A stretch of 62,765 bases of DNA. Source: Phycisphaerae bacterium. GTDB taxonomy: Bacteria > Planctomycetota > Phycisphaerae > WQYP01. This document shows, piece after piece, positions 30,692-40,191 of this stretch. Every line of letters begins with the position of its first letter. Position 1 is the stretch's first letter. A program made the translations under genes and the position numbers. Below the pieces are notes generated by a model. That model was not told the DNA's origin and did no database searches. It saw only the letters and a list, made by a program, of their open reading frames with translations. The stretch lies in NCBI GenBank assembly GCA_049977145.1, contig JBMFGW010000006.1, positions 1-62,765 of the forward strand. Direction: 5' to 3'.

Positions 30692-31369
30692 TTAACTAAT
30701 TTTGCCACTTTTTCCCGTGAACGCTTCGAAAATCTTCCAATTGTCTTTGAACTCATGCGCATCCTTGAGGAAAAATGAATGCCATTCTGAGCCGGTCGAA
30801 GCTTTAAAAGGTACCACCCGCTTGGCGACCTCCGTACTCGGGACAACATAAAAATCGACGGTCTCTACCCCCTTTTTCGCCCGCAGATTGACAAATACAT
30901 AGATATGGGTCGGAGATACTGGAATGTCTTTTCCAACTAGCCAAAAATTGAAGGTCTTGGCATTGCTTTTCACCTGAACCGAAAAAGCCCGCATGCAATC
31001 ACCGGTGGTGACGAGAATATCGGCACCCTTTGCACTTCTGGACGTGGGTGAAGCAATCAGCCCGAGTCGCGACAATTCCGCGGCTACCAGATAGACGCCG
31101 CGCATTCCAGTAAATTGTCCCTTTGTCGCCATCGCCATCCTCATATAGGGTCTTTTGCCCTTATCGCCGATAGACTTTTTTAATTCGGCGATATGTTCGT
31201 CGATACCACTTTCCCAGCCCGCCTTCCACACGAGACCTTTGCCCTCGGTATTCAGATCACCCTTCTGGCCGGCCTTATAGCCCTCCTGAAACTCGGGTAC
31301 ATCAACTTCCGATGGCTTTAAGATGGTGATCACCAACGGGTCGGTAAATCTATCACTGTTCCGGGTCAT
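30692..31369 (-). CDS. Hypothetical protein, PD-(D/E)XK-like nuclease domain with N-terminal extension
   Basis: GVYLVAAELSRLG...GADIL...SVQVKS; AAGGAG upstream of ATG 31369. Confidence 0.7.
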   Translation of the reverse strand: MTRNSDRFTDPLVITILKPSEVDVPEFQEGYKAGQKGDLNTEGKGLVWKAGWESGIDEHIAELKKSIGDKGKRPYMRMAMATKGQFTGMRGVYLVAAELSRLGLIASPTSRSAKGADILVTTGDCMRAFSVQVKSNAKTFNFWLVGKDIPVSPTHIYVFVNLRAKKGVETVDFYVVPSTEVAKRVVPFKASTGSEWHSFFLKDAHEFKDNWKIFEAFTGKSGKIS

Positions 31370-31411
31370 GCTAAACACTCCTTGTAAATATGCTTCTTGC
31401 TTGAACTACTA

Positions 31412-31721
31412 GGGACAGTCGCCTGTTTATTGACACCCGACCCGGATGGTGATACCTTATTTGTCCTGCTTCGAATGTCTCGCATTGCCATCCCCGATGT
31501 ACCGCACTACGTTACCCGGCGTGGCAGTAACCGTCAAGATGTGGCCGATAACGATCGCCGGGCAGGCCGCCGGCGGACGACAGCACCATGAGCAATTTCG
31601 AGAAACCTGTCGGACGGGGCCTTCCGGGCAGTACCCCCCGGAAGGCCACCAAAAGATACAACACGCTGATCCGCAATGGCGCAGCCCAGCGCACACCCCG
31701 CATTTAATAGGTGACTGTCCC
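31412..31721 (+). mobile_element. Mini-RAYT element copy B
   Basis: TACTAGGGACAGTC / GACTGTCCCTAGTA 14-bp perfect IR including flanks; interior MSRIAIPDVPHYVTRRGSNRQDV fused to GRPPADDSTMSNFEKPVGRGL. Confidence 0.85.
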
Positions 31722-31728
31722 TAGTATC

Positions 31729-31856
31729 TTAGTTCTGATATGCGTGGTGACCTTCAATCCACCTCCCGGTGGGCGATTGTTGTAGCAGACAATATCGCAA
31801 TGCTCGACCACTTTCAGATATGCTCCAACGAGCAACTCACCCATTTCTGTATTCAT
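31729..31856 (-). pseudogene. 5' remnant of a probable restriction-endonuclease-like gene, cut by element B
   Basis: MNTEMGELLVGAYLKVVEHCDIVCYNNRPPGGGLKVTTHIR with GAGGA upstream; runs into the element end. Family assignment is from memory. Confidence 0.5.
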
Positions 31857-31932
31857 ATCGGTCATCCTCTGAATTGAAAGAAACAGCGAAAACGAAGTTC
31901 ATCACGAAGGCCAGGCGGACATGATCAAACCG

Positions 31933-32247
31933 CTATACAAACCCTTCCGCAATCAGACGACTTCCCTGGCCCGTAATCTCATGCCGCTGGCCGGAGCCAC
32001 CAACCACCCGGCACCAACTCTCAGTGATAAGCTTGGCGTCATCCCCCTCCCCTTCCAGCCAATAACTGAATCCACCGTACATGCCGGAAACAGGGAACCA
32101 CGCCTTTGGTTCGTCCGAGGTAAGCAGCGGGCGCAGATCCGGCAGCTCGACACGGTGCTCATCAACCAGATTGCCCGCCCGTTCACGTATCACGGCGTGA
32201 AAATGTTGCTGGATGGCGAGCAATGTATCTTCAGGAATCGGCCGCAT
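31933..32247 (-). CDS. Hypothetical protein; resembles the C-terminal domain of some ankyrin-repeat proteins, possibly a fragment
   Basis: WFPVSGMYGGFSYWL...ESWCRVVGGSGQRHEIT. Confidence 0.65.
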   Translation of the reverse strand: MRPIPEDTLLAIQQHFHAVIRERAGNLVDEHRVELPDLRPLLTSDEPKAWFPVSGMYGGFSYWLEGEGDDAKLITESWCRVVGGSGQRHEITGQGSRLIAEGFV

Positions 32248-32408
32248 GAAACGAACCTCCGGAGCCTCGCTGTATGATCAGTGGCAGCGGGCCGGGAAAC
32301 GGTCCGCTTGCTTGCCACCGAAATCATCCTCAATCCATCTGCCTACCGCTTGCTGGTAGGCTTGTTCACAGTCTTCGCCATCAATCACCCTCAACGACTC
32401 GCCTGCGC

Positions 32409-32498
32409 TTATATGCTCACTTGGGCATCAGAGCCAAGCGAATGAATCAATGCTGACAACTTGGCGGCCGCCTGCTCAACCGGGATTATATGCGTCAT
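32409..32498 (-). pseudogene. Truncated Phd/YefM-like antitoxin N-terminus
   Basis: MTHIIPVEQAAAKLSALIHSLGSDAQVSI* with GAGGT upstream. Confidence 0.45.
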
Positions 32499-32670
32499 AA
32501 TCGGTACCTCTTACGTTTCACCGGCGACAAAGCCACCGGCAGCATCTCCTTCAATCTATAATGACAACTCATCCCCAACCGATTGATCTACCATCCGAAT
32601 GCCAATTACAGTAGTTATTAGCGACCCTACAATTCCTCGGGCCACTATACCTTTGGCACACAGAGGCGAT

Positions 32671-33726
32671 TTATCGTTCCGCGGCGGGTTTACGCCCCTG
32701 CTCCGCCAGAAGGTGCTGCAAGTGTGCCAGTTGCTTGGCGCTGGCCGACCCTTCAATAGCCCGTACCGCAATTTCCTGTACCTGGGCATACGCCTTTTCC
32801 GCCTGCCCCAGGAGTTTCGTCAAACGCTCGGCCTGCTCGGCAACCTGCTGTTCCAGCGAGGTTATCCGTGTGCTTTGCACGTTTCGTTGGCCTTCAAACT
32901 CCTGTTTTAACAGTTGCTCGCGCGCTGCGGATTCCTGTTGCAGGCGGGCCGTTGTTTCTTTTATCACTTTGGCGGTTACGGCTTCCAGCTCCTTCGGGAA
33001 GCCCTCCACCTTTTGCCGTAGCGCGTTTACTTCCTGTTCCTGACTCTTAATTGTCTGCTGGCGCTGGGCGAGATCCGCCTCCACTTTTGCCTTGCGTTCG
33101 TCCCATTCTTTTTGCGCTTTGGCCATCTGGTCGGCGAACAGGTCCTTAGCCTGCTTCTGTTCACGCGAAAAACTGTACCGATATTCTTCCTTCTCCCGCT
33201 CGCGGAGCTTCTGCTCGGTGGCAGCGCGTTCTTTCATTTCGGCCTCACGCTGTTTTTTCTCCTGTTCCCATGATTCCCGCGTTTGCGCGACTTCGCGTTC
33301 TAACTGCTCCTTGGCGGCGGTGATTTCCTGCTCCATTTTTTCACGCTGGCGCGCATGGGCATCAATCAAGGCCGTGAGTGTGGAAGCAGAACGCTGTATT
33401 TCGTAAATATCCTTCAGTTCCTGATCTTTGGCGATGATCGCCCGCTGCACCTGCGTGTACCGGGCAACCTGTTCTTCCAGGCGATCGGAGAGTTCGCCCA
33501 GTAATCGCCCGATACTGGATTTGAGTTCTCCAATTGACTGCACCACGCCATGGTTGGAGAGTTCCTCCGCCGCGGTTACAGCTTCAGTAATGGCCTTGGC
33601 GGCAAGTTTCTCTTCAGGAGTTCCTGCCGACTCGCGCCGTTCAACTACAGCCTTTTCGCTGTCCGCTAAAGCCTCCAGCATCTGCTGCCGGGCCGGACGT
33701 TTCTTTGTTACAGTTTTTTCCGCCAT
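32671..33726 (-). CDS. Coiled-coil hypothetical protein
   Basis: 351 aa, E/Q/K/R-rich heptads, REREKEEYRY, VQEIAVRAIEGSAS; AGGAG upstream. Confidence 0.85.
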   Translation of the reverse strand: MAEKTVTKKRPARQQMLEALADSEKAVVERRESAGTPEEKLAAKAITEAVTAAEELSNHGVVQSIGELKSSIGRLLGELSDRLEEQVARYTQVQRAIIAKDQELKDIYEIQRSASTLTALIDAHARQREKMEQEITAAKEQLEREVAQTRESWEQEKKQREAEMKERAATEQKLREREKEEYRYSFSREQKQAKDLFADQMAKAQKEWDERKAKVEADLAQRQQTIKSQEQEVNALRQKVEGFPKELEAVTAKVIKETTARLQQESAAREQLLKQEFEGQRNVQSTRITSLEQQVAEQAERLTKLLGQAEKAYAQVQEIAVRAIEGSASAKQLAHLQHLLAEQGRKPAAER

Positions 33727-33880
33727 TGCGAGATCTCCTGCCAGAAGGTCACATTTAAGCCAACTGTCAAAAGCATACCTCTATCACGCAAGCCCCGCAA
33801 TCTCCGCGAGCCGTCTTGGCCATGCCCCACTATCATCCCCGCACTTCCGCCCGGCGCCATTTTCGGCTAACGTATTGGCC

Positions 33881-34678
33881 ATGCGAATATCGGCTTGCGT
33901 TATATGTAGGAATGAAGCCGGCAAGATCAGCAGTTGTCTGGATTCTGTGGCCTGGTGTGACGACATTGTGGTAGTGGATTCCGGATCCACCGATGGTACG
34001 GTTGAAAAAGCCGCCGCGCATAAGACGCAACCGAGGATTATTCATCACGATTGGACCGGCTATAACCAGCAGCGACAATTTGCGGTGGATCAGTGCCGCC
34101 ATGAATGGGTATTGGCTTTGGATGCCGATGAAGAGTGCTCCTCCGAATTGGCGGCTGAAATTCAGAGCCTTCCCGACACCCGCACTTCCGGCATCGCCAT
34201 GTTTGCAATCCCGCGGAAAAATTTCATTGCCCACCGCTGGGTCCGCTGCTGGTCGCCAGATTATCAAACACGGCTGATTCATCAACAACGCGTGATCTGG
34301 GACGACACCAGCGCCCCGGAAATTCGCCGCCCCCAATCCGGTTTCTCCACACAAAAACTTGCCGGGCCTTTATTGCATAATCGGCTGTCGCCCTATAGCA
34401 TCACGGATATAAACGACGGCCCACGCATGGCTGAACATGCCACAATTCTGGCCCAGAGTCTGCATGCCCGCGGTCGCCATGCGACAATGGCCGCCCTGTT
34501 GTTTCGCCCCGCCTTAACGTTTCTGAAATATTATATTTTCCGGGGTGGATTTTTGCAGGGGCGTTTCGGCCTGGTAATCTGCTACAAAACCACGATCGGG
34601 GTGATGCTTAAATACAGTGTTCTCTATGCCACCGACGTGCTGCCGCAACAAACAGAACCGCAAGCCCGGAACCGTTAA
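33881..34678 (+). CDS. Glycosyltransferase family 2 (WaaE/KdtX-like)
   Basis: ICRNEA, VVDSGSTDGT, WVLALDADE, YIFRGGFLQGRFGL. Start at 33881. Confidence 0.92.
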   Translation: MRISACVICRNEAGKISSCLDSVAWCDDIVVVDSGSTDGTVEKAAAHKTQPRIIHHDWTGYNQQRQFAVDQCRHEWVLALDADEECSSELAAEIQSLPDTRTSGIAMFAIPRKNFIAHRWVRCWSPDYQTRLIHQQRVIWDDTSAPEIRRPQSGFSTQKLAGPLLHNRLSPYSITDINDGPRMAEHATILAQSLHARGRHATMAALLFRPALTFLKYYIFRGGFLQGRFGLVICYKTTIGVMLKYSVLYATDVLPQQTEPQARNR

Positions 34679-34842
34679 TCCATCTATGATCATGATTGTA
34701 TCGTTCCCAAATAATACCAAGGGCGTTGCCACCGGGTCCCTTCTTGATGCCCGCTGGGCCGAGAACGGTTACCTCCATTGCACACTAAACCAGAACAGAT
34801 GGACATCGACCCAAAACACTGCGCGCCTCCGCGAATACACGC

Positions 34843-35913
34843 CTACCTACCGCCGCCTGGCACACCAGCGGGCCGCGTAGATTTATTTCCGTCAATGTTC
34901 TTAAAAATTGGACTTGCTTCGCCAAATCTTTCATCAATCAGGAGATATGTTTTCGGCAATTTAACCTTCAAATCCTTTTCCGCGACCTTGTTACTCCAGC
35001 TATTTATTAAATAGACTTCACCACTAAATTTTGTATGCTTCGCAGCAGGGTAGTGGCATGTGAGAACTGAATCTACTATATACTCATTTCCTCTTGCTCT
35101 ATGGCAATGAAAAAGAGTCTCAAATGTTGTCTTGTTATTATCCGTTCCATATATGCGAACGGGAGCAAATCCCTTAGCCGCATCAAATTCGGATACCATA
35201 TTTTGGTTAACCACATTTGTGATTCGACCTCCGGTAAGCCTATCCAAGTAAGAGATAGACCATATACTACCTTGAGCCTTAACGGTTATCGTTTGATTCG
35301 CGAGGGGAGGGCTTTCAAGCGCCATATACCACGGCGCCAGGGATATATCCAAGGACATTATGGTGGGATAATTCAGCCCAAGCGAAATTCCCGATTTGAT
35401 AAGTGTCTTGTTATTCTCCAGCCTCAGCAAGGTCTTACCGTCATCGCTTACGTCTTCATCGACAGTAGGCAGTATGACCTTGACTTTCTTACCATGTAAA
35501 CGCTTGGCAGCCCGTTTCTCGAGCTTCTCTATGTTATGACCATATTCTTCAATACTCTTCTTAACAAACCGCCATTGCTTTCCTTGTGCCTTGTAATAGA
35601 TAGTGCCCCGATAGGCAGTCATACGGTCAATTGATGGTCCGTACAACAGCGCACGAATACGATCGTTCCGCGCCTTGCCTGATACTCCCGCAGCATTTTG
35701 ATCAAAGGCATGTTTAATCTTGCGAAAAACATCGGGGGTGCATTTGAATTTATAATACTTATAGTGAATAGTTCCCCGACCTAATTCTGCCAGTCGTCCT
35801 TCGAGAGCATGGACCAATCCTTGAAGATCTGCAGCCGCTACCAGTCCAGGCGGAGCGAGAGTCGTGATCAGGCTAAGAAGCAGGAGATAAACGTAAAATT
35901 TACGACACATCAT
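34843..35913 (-). CDS. Hypothetical exported protein, AT-rich
   Basis: Signal peptide (RKFYVYLLLLSLITTLAPPGLVAA), GGAGGT upstream; visibly lower GC than its neighbours. Confidence 0.75.
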   Translation of the reverse strand: MMCRKFYVYLLLLSLITTLAPPGLVAAADLQGLVHALEGRLAELGRGTIHYKYYKFKCTPDVFRKIKHAFDQNAAGVSGKARNDRIRALLYGPSIDRMTAYRGTIYYKAQGKQWRFVKKSIEEYGHNIEKLEKRAAKRLHGKKVKVILPTVDEDVSDDGKTLLRLENNKTLIKSGISLGLNYPTIMSLDISLAPWYMALESPPLANQTITVKAQGSIWSISYLDRLTGGRITNVVNQNMVSEFDAAKGFAPVRIYGTDNNKTTFETLFHCHRARGNEYIVDSVLTCHYPAAKHTKFSGEVYLINSWSNKVAEKDLKVKLPKTYLLIDERFGEASPIFKNIDGNKSTRPAGVPGGGR

Positions 35914-35949
35914 ATATTTTACCTCCACATTCATTGTTGGGAAGAAGTA

Positions 35950-35988
35950 GTGCTCTGTCAATCCTACTTTGCAGGCTTGACAGAGCAC
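35950..35988. repeat. 39-bp inverted repeat (IS-end scar or hairpin)
   Basis: GTGCTCTGTCAA-15 nt-TTGACAGAGCAC, perfect 12-bp stem. Confidence 0.6.
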
Positions 35989-36116
35989 GAGTTTACGACC
36001 ACAAACCCTCCAGAGCGTCGTAGCATACAAAGGTCCACACTGGCCAGTGCCCCCGCATTGGCATTATAATTGCAAACTGGAATAATGTTGTGATACCTCC
36101 ATGACAGGAAATTCAA

Positions 36117-37457
36117 ATGGCTGATATTCAACCCCTGGCTGCAATCCGTTATCCGCAAACGGAACAGACCACTTTTATTTCGCCACCGTATGACGTGCTG
36201 TCTGCGGCGGATAAGCAACATCTTCTGGCCCGGAATCCGCATAATGTTGCCGCCATTGATCTGCCGCATGTGCCGCCCAAGAACGCCGGCCCGGTGGAAG
36301 TTTATCAGCGGGCCGCCAAGACCATGGAAAACTGGATTAAGCAAGGCGTGTTGCGGCGTGATGGCACACCGGCTTTATATCCGTACGAGCAAACGTATAC
36401 GTACGACGGCACAACGTATCATCGGCGCGGATTATTCTGCCGCGTGCGGCTGGAGGAATTTGGGTTGCAGGGCACGATTCATCCACATGAACAAACCTTC
36501 AGCGGCCCCAAGGAAGACCGCCTTCTGCTCATGCGGGCCACGCAAGCCAATTTATCGCCGGTGTTTGGCTTGTACGACGACACCGCCAACACCGTCACCG
36601 GAAAATTATTTGCAGCGGTTGCCAACCAGGCGCCGGCGGCACAGGCGCAGCTCCCGTCGCAAGATGGCAAGTCACAAGTTATATCAGAACTCTGGTCGGT
36701 AAGGGATCCGGGGGTGATTGCATCCGTGCGGGATGATCTGCGGGAAAAGCATTTGTACATTGCCGATGGACATCATCGGTATAGTACATGCCTGAACTAC
36801 CGTGCGGAAATTACCGCGCGGCATGGTGCTGCGCTGCCGCCGGACCATCCAGCTCATTTTGCATTATTTGTACTTATTGCCATGCAGGATCCGGGGTTGA
36901 TTGTTCTGCCTACGCACCGCGTGGCGGGCAATCTTGCCGGCTTCACCACGGCTTCGTTTCTTCAGGCGGCAGCAGGCAAGCTCCAGCGCGTGGCGGATGA
37001 AATCTCCGGCGTTGATATTGATAATCTGGAAAAGCGGCTTGCGGAATATGGCGCTCATGCGATGGGAATTTATGATCCAAAAATAGACCGTGTGGTGGTG
37101 GTGCGTCCGGTAAATCATGATCCGCTGGCAAACATCGGTGAGGATCCGGCGCTGGTCGGAAAATCCGAGCCGTGGCGGCAACTGGACGTGGCGATATTGC
37201 AGCATCTGGTATTCGACCGCGTAGTGGCGCCGGCTTTTGCGGGCGGGCGGACGATGCAGTGGGCATTTCCGCACGTTGCCCATGAGGTGCGGGAAATGTG
37301 CCGATCAGGGCAATATCAGGCGGGATTTGTATTGCAGCCCACGCCGTTGGAATCCGTGCGGCAGCTTTGCAACGCCAATGAGCTTATGCCACAGAAGAGT
37401 ACGTTTTTCTATCCGAAACTGGCCACGGGCTTGGTGATAAACAGTGTTGCGGGCTGA
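36117..37457 (+). CDS. DUF1015 family protein
   Basis: PPYDV, IHPHEQT, PKEDRL, IADGHHRY, LPTHR, MPQKSTFFYPKLATGL. Confidence 0.92.
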   Translation: MADIQPLAAIRYPQTEQTTFISPPYDVLSAADKQHLLARNPHNVAAIDLPHVPPKNAGPVEVYQRAAKTMENWIKQGVLRRDGTPALYPYEQTYTYDGTTYHRRGLFCRVRLEEFGLQGTIHPHEQTFSGPKEDRLLLMRATQANLSPVFGLYDDTANTVTGKLFAAVANQAPAAQAQLPSQDGKSQVISELWSVRDPGVIASVRDDLREKHLYIADGHHRYSTCLNYRAEITARHGAALPPDHPAHFALFVLIAMQDPGLIVLPTHRVAGNLAGFTTASFLQAAAGKLQRVADEISGVDIDNLEKRLAEYGAHAMGIYDPKIDRVVVVRPVNHDPLANIGEDPALVGKSEPWRQLDVAILQHLVFDRVVAPAFAGGRTMQWAFPHVAHEVREMCRSGQYQAGFVLQPTPLESVRQLCNANELMPQKSTFFYPKLATGLVINSVAG

Positions 37458-37458
37458 T

Positions 37459-39915
37459 ATGATCAATACCATTGCCACAGTGGAATTACACTTTCTGGGC
37501 CAGCAGGGTTTTGCGTGGTGGGGTCTGGTGGCGCTGGCCACGGGCCTGGCGCTGGGTGCATACAGTTGGATGCAGATTCGGTCAGCGGCAACGTCTAGCG
37601 CGGCGCCGGAAGGGCCACGGAGACCATGGACCGCCATGATTGCCGCGGGTGTGGCCATTATCTATGGGCTGATGGTCTTAATTGTTCCAACGGCCCGGGT
37701 CATCTCCGTGGCGATATTGTTTACCATTGTCATTATGGGATTGGCGATATGGCTGTTTTACCAGCGGGTGTACCAGGTGCTGGGACGGCGGAGAATTTTA
37801 ACTCTGTTGAGCCTCCGCCTGGCGGGCATGGCATTTATTCTGCTGCTGATGTTTCAACCCGTGTTGGCATGGATCACAGTGCCGCAGCGGATGGCAACGC
37901 TGGGCATTATGATTGATGCATCCGGTTCCATGAGTGTTAATGATCGGCCCAACGAACCCAGTCGTTACCTGTTAAGCGTACAAGCCGCACACATGCTGAT
38001 CCACGATCTGCACAATCATTTGGCCATTCGGTGTTTCGCGTATGATGGTATCCATAACGGCCCCCTGACCGGCCCGGCCCAGTGGAACGCCATCGCCCCG
38101 GACGGCAAAGAAACCGACCTGCCCACGGCGATTAAAATGGCGGCGGATGCGGGCGTACAGCAACTAGTGCTTTTCAGCGACGGTATTCAGAACGGCCCGA
38201 CCAAATTAAGCACGCTGGCCAAGATTCCGGTGCGGGTTTATCCCGTGCGTGTGGGTTCCACGTCCACCCACGCCAAAGGGGTGCCGCAAATTGAAATTGT
38301 CCGTGTCAATGGCCCGCAAACCGCACCGGTGGATACACAAATAGCATTAACGGCGCTGGTACGTTCCAGCGCCTTTAATGATCGGACTATTCATATTTAT
38401 CTCATGGCCGGTAAAAAACAGCTCGATACACATCGGCTGGTATTACATTCCGGGCCGGCGCCGCAAACGGTGCGTTTTCAATTCACTCCGCAAAAAGTGG
38501 GCCGCCTGGTCCTGACCGTACGTATTCCCGTGGATCCCGCCGAACGCAGTACGGCGGGTAACAAACAGCACTTTCCCATGTTAATTACCAATCCTAAAAT
38601 TCCGGTATTGTATCTGGAAGGGCGCATTCGTCCGGAAGTCGGCCCGCTGGAACAGGATCTGTCGACCGATCCCAATGTGAATCTTGTGAGCCTCATCCAA
38701 ACCCGGCCCGGATATTTCATGGTGCGCGGCGCCAATAAGCACTTGACCGCGCTGCCGGACACTTTGGCCCAATGGAAAGAATTTAAGGTTATTATTCTCG
38801 GCGATGTAAGATCCAGTTTTCTGACACGTACGCAGCAGAATGAGCTTAAAGACGTTATCCGCGCGGGGGCGGGATTTCTTATGATCGGCGGGCAACACAA
38901 TTTTGCCAGTGGTGATTGGGGGGAATCCGACTTGGCCGCAGCGTTTCCCATCCAGCTGCAGCCGGTGCAACCGGCGCAGCTTAATACGCCATTTGTGCCG
39001 GAGCTTACCGCTTTTGGGTTACGCAACCCGATTTTTCAGGGCATCAGCACATGGTTTGGCCCCCCTGGCGGCGGCGCGGCCAAACAGCAACTGCCCCAAC
39101 TGGCCGGATGTGTGGCCTTTGCCGGGGCCAAGGCCGGGGCCACGGTTCTATTGACCGATCCCGAAGCACAGGTCAATGGCCATCCGGCCATCGTGTTGGC
39201 CGTACAGCATTATGGCCAAGGTCGCGCCGCCGCATTTGCCGCGGATACTACCTATCGCTGGCAACTGGCCCTAAGAACCATGGGAAGGCGATCGCCCTAC
39301 CATCGCTTCTGGGGGCAGCTTATCCGTTGGCTGGCAGGTGAAAGTAAAGTTAAAACCGCCCAAGGCCCATCCGTTACGGCCATGATCCGGCGGGAACATT
39401 ATGATACGGGACGGCAGGTACGTCTGCGCGTGGAAGTAACCGATACCCGTGGCCAGCTGACACGTTACGCGCATGTATCTGCGGCCATGACTGGCCCGGA
39501 TGGCAAAACGCGTATTTTTTCCATGCACGCCAGATATAGCAATATTGGCATGTACACACGAAATTTCATGCCGCCGACTGCGGGGCTGTATCAGGTGGTG
39601 TTTACCGCTCTGCGCCATGGTAAAATATTAGGTAGCGATCACACGGAGTTTTCGGTTATTGCTCCGATCGGCGAAATGGACAAACTGGCCGCCGAACCGC
39701 GAATATTGCAGCGCATTGCGTCAATCACCCGCGGTTCCTACAGTGAATTAAGCGGCATCAATGCGCTGGCCCGCCGGTTACAGGCCTCGATTATCGCACA
39801 AAATCAGGCGCAGCGTACGGCTTTCCCGCTTTATAATAACGGTCTTTTTTTTCTATTGTTCGTGGCGGCGCTGACGGTGGAATGGTTTCTACGCCGCAAG
39901 TGGCAATTGCAATAA
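37459..39915 (+). CDS. Membrane protein with VWA and glutamine-amidotransferase-like (DUF1355) domains
   Basis: N-terminal TMs, DASGSMS (MIDAS), FSDG, LMIGG, FWGQLIRWLA, C-terminal EWFLRRK. Confidence 0.85.
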   Translation: MINTIATVELHFLGQQGFAWWGLVALATGLALGAYSWMQIRSAATSSAAPEGPRRPWTAMIAAGVAIIYGLMVLIVPTARVISVAILFTIVIMGLAIWLFYQRVYQVLGRRRILTLLSLRLAGMAFILLLMFQPVLAWITVPQRMATLGIMIDASGSMSVNDRPNEPSRYLLSVQAAHMLIHDLHNHLAIRCFAYDGIHNGPLTGPAQWNAIAPDGKETDLPTAIKMAADAGVQQLVLFSDGIQNGPTKLSTLAKIPVRVYPVRVGSTSTHAKGVPQIEIVRVNGPQTAPVDTQIALTALVRSSAFNDRTIHIYLMAGKKQLDTHRLVLHSGPAPQTVRFQFTPQKVGRLVLTVRIPVDPAERSTAGNKQHFPMLITNPKIPVLYLEGRIRPEVGPLEQDLSTDPNVNLVSLIQTRPGYFMVRGANKHLTALPDTLAQWKEFKVIILGDVRSSFLTRTQQNELKDVIRAGAGFLMIGGQHNFASGDWGESDLAAAFPIQLQPVQPAQLNTPFVPELTAFGLRNPIFQGISTWFGPPGGGAAKQQLPQLAGCVAFAGAKAGATVLLTDPEAQVNGHPAIVLAVQHYGQGRAAAFAADTTYRWQLALRTMGRRSPYHRFWGQLIRWLAGESKVKTAQGPSVTAMIRREHYDTGRQVRLRVEVTDTRGQLTRYAHVSAAMTGPDGKTRIFSMHARYSNIGMYTRNFMPPTAGLYQVVFTALRHGKILGSDHTEFSVIAPIGEMDKLAAEPRILQRIASITRGSYSELSGINALARRLQASIIAQNQAQRTAFPLYNNGLFFLLFVAALTVEWFLRRKWQLQ

Positions 39916-40191
39916 AGCAACGGCGCTGCCAAATCCGCATTTTCCTTTGCAATGGTTCACTGCCGTACCGGATTAGTCGGCCCGCGAAGCAATGGTAAGG
40001 AAATAACTTCCCGATGCGCACGGGAATCGAATACGCCACCAGCGGAGCCAGTATTTCTTTTATCAGACGCCGCCAGCCAGGAAATTGCTGCAATTGGTTC
40101 ATGACCGCAGCACATCCTGTCGATAAATGTATTAAGAACACATCTATGTGATTAGAAAATGGTAGTCGTAGCCTAAATGAGGAGAGTGGCA

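Noticed and set aside
29105-31721. CRISPR array or integron attC cassettes
   Set aside because: Units are ~310 bp and transposase-derived, spacing is irregular, and no cas or intI gene or attC-like core pairs were seen.
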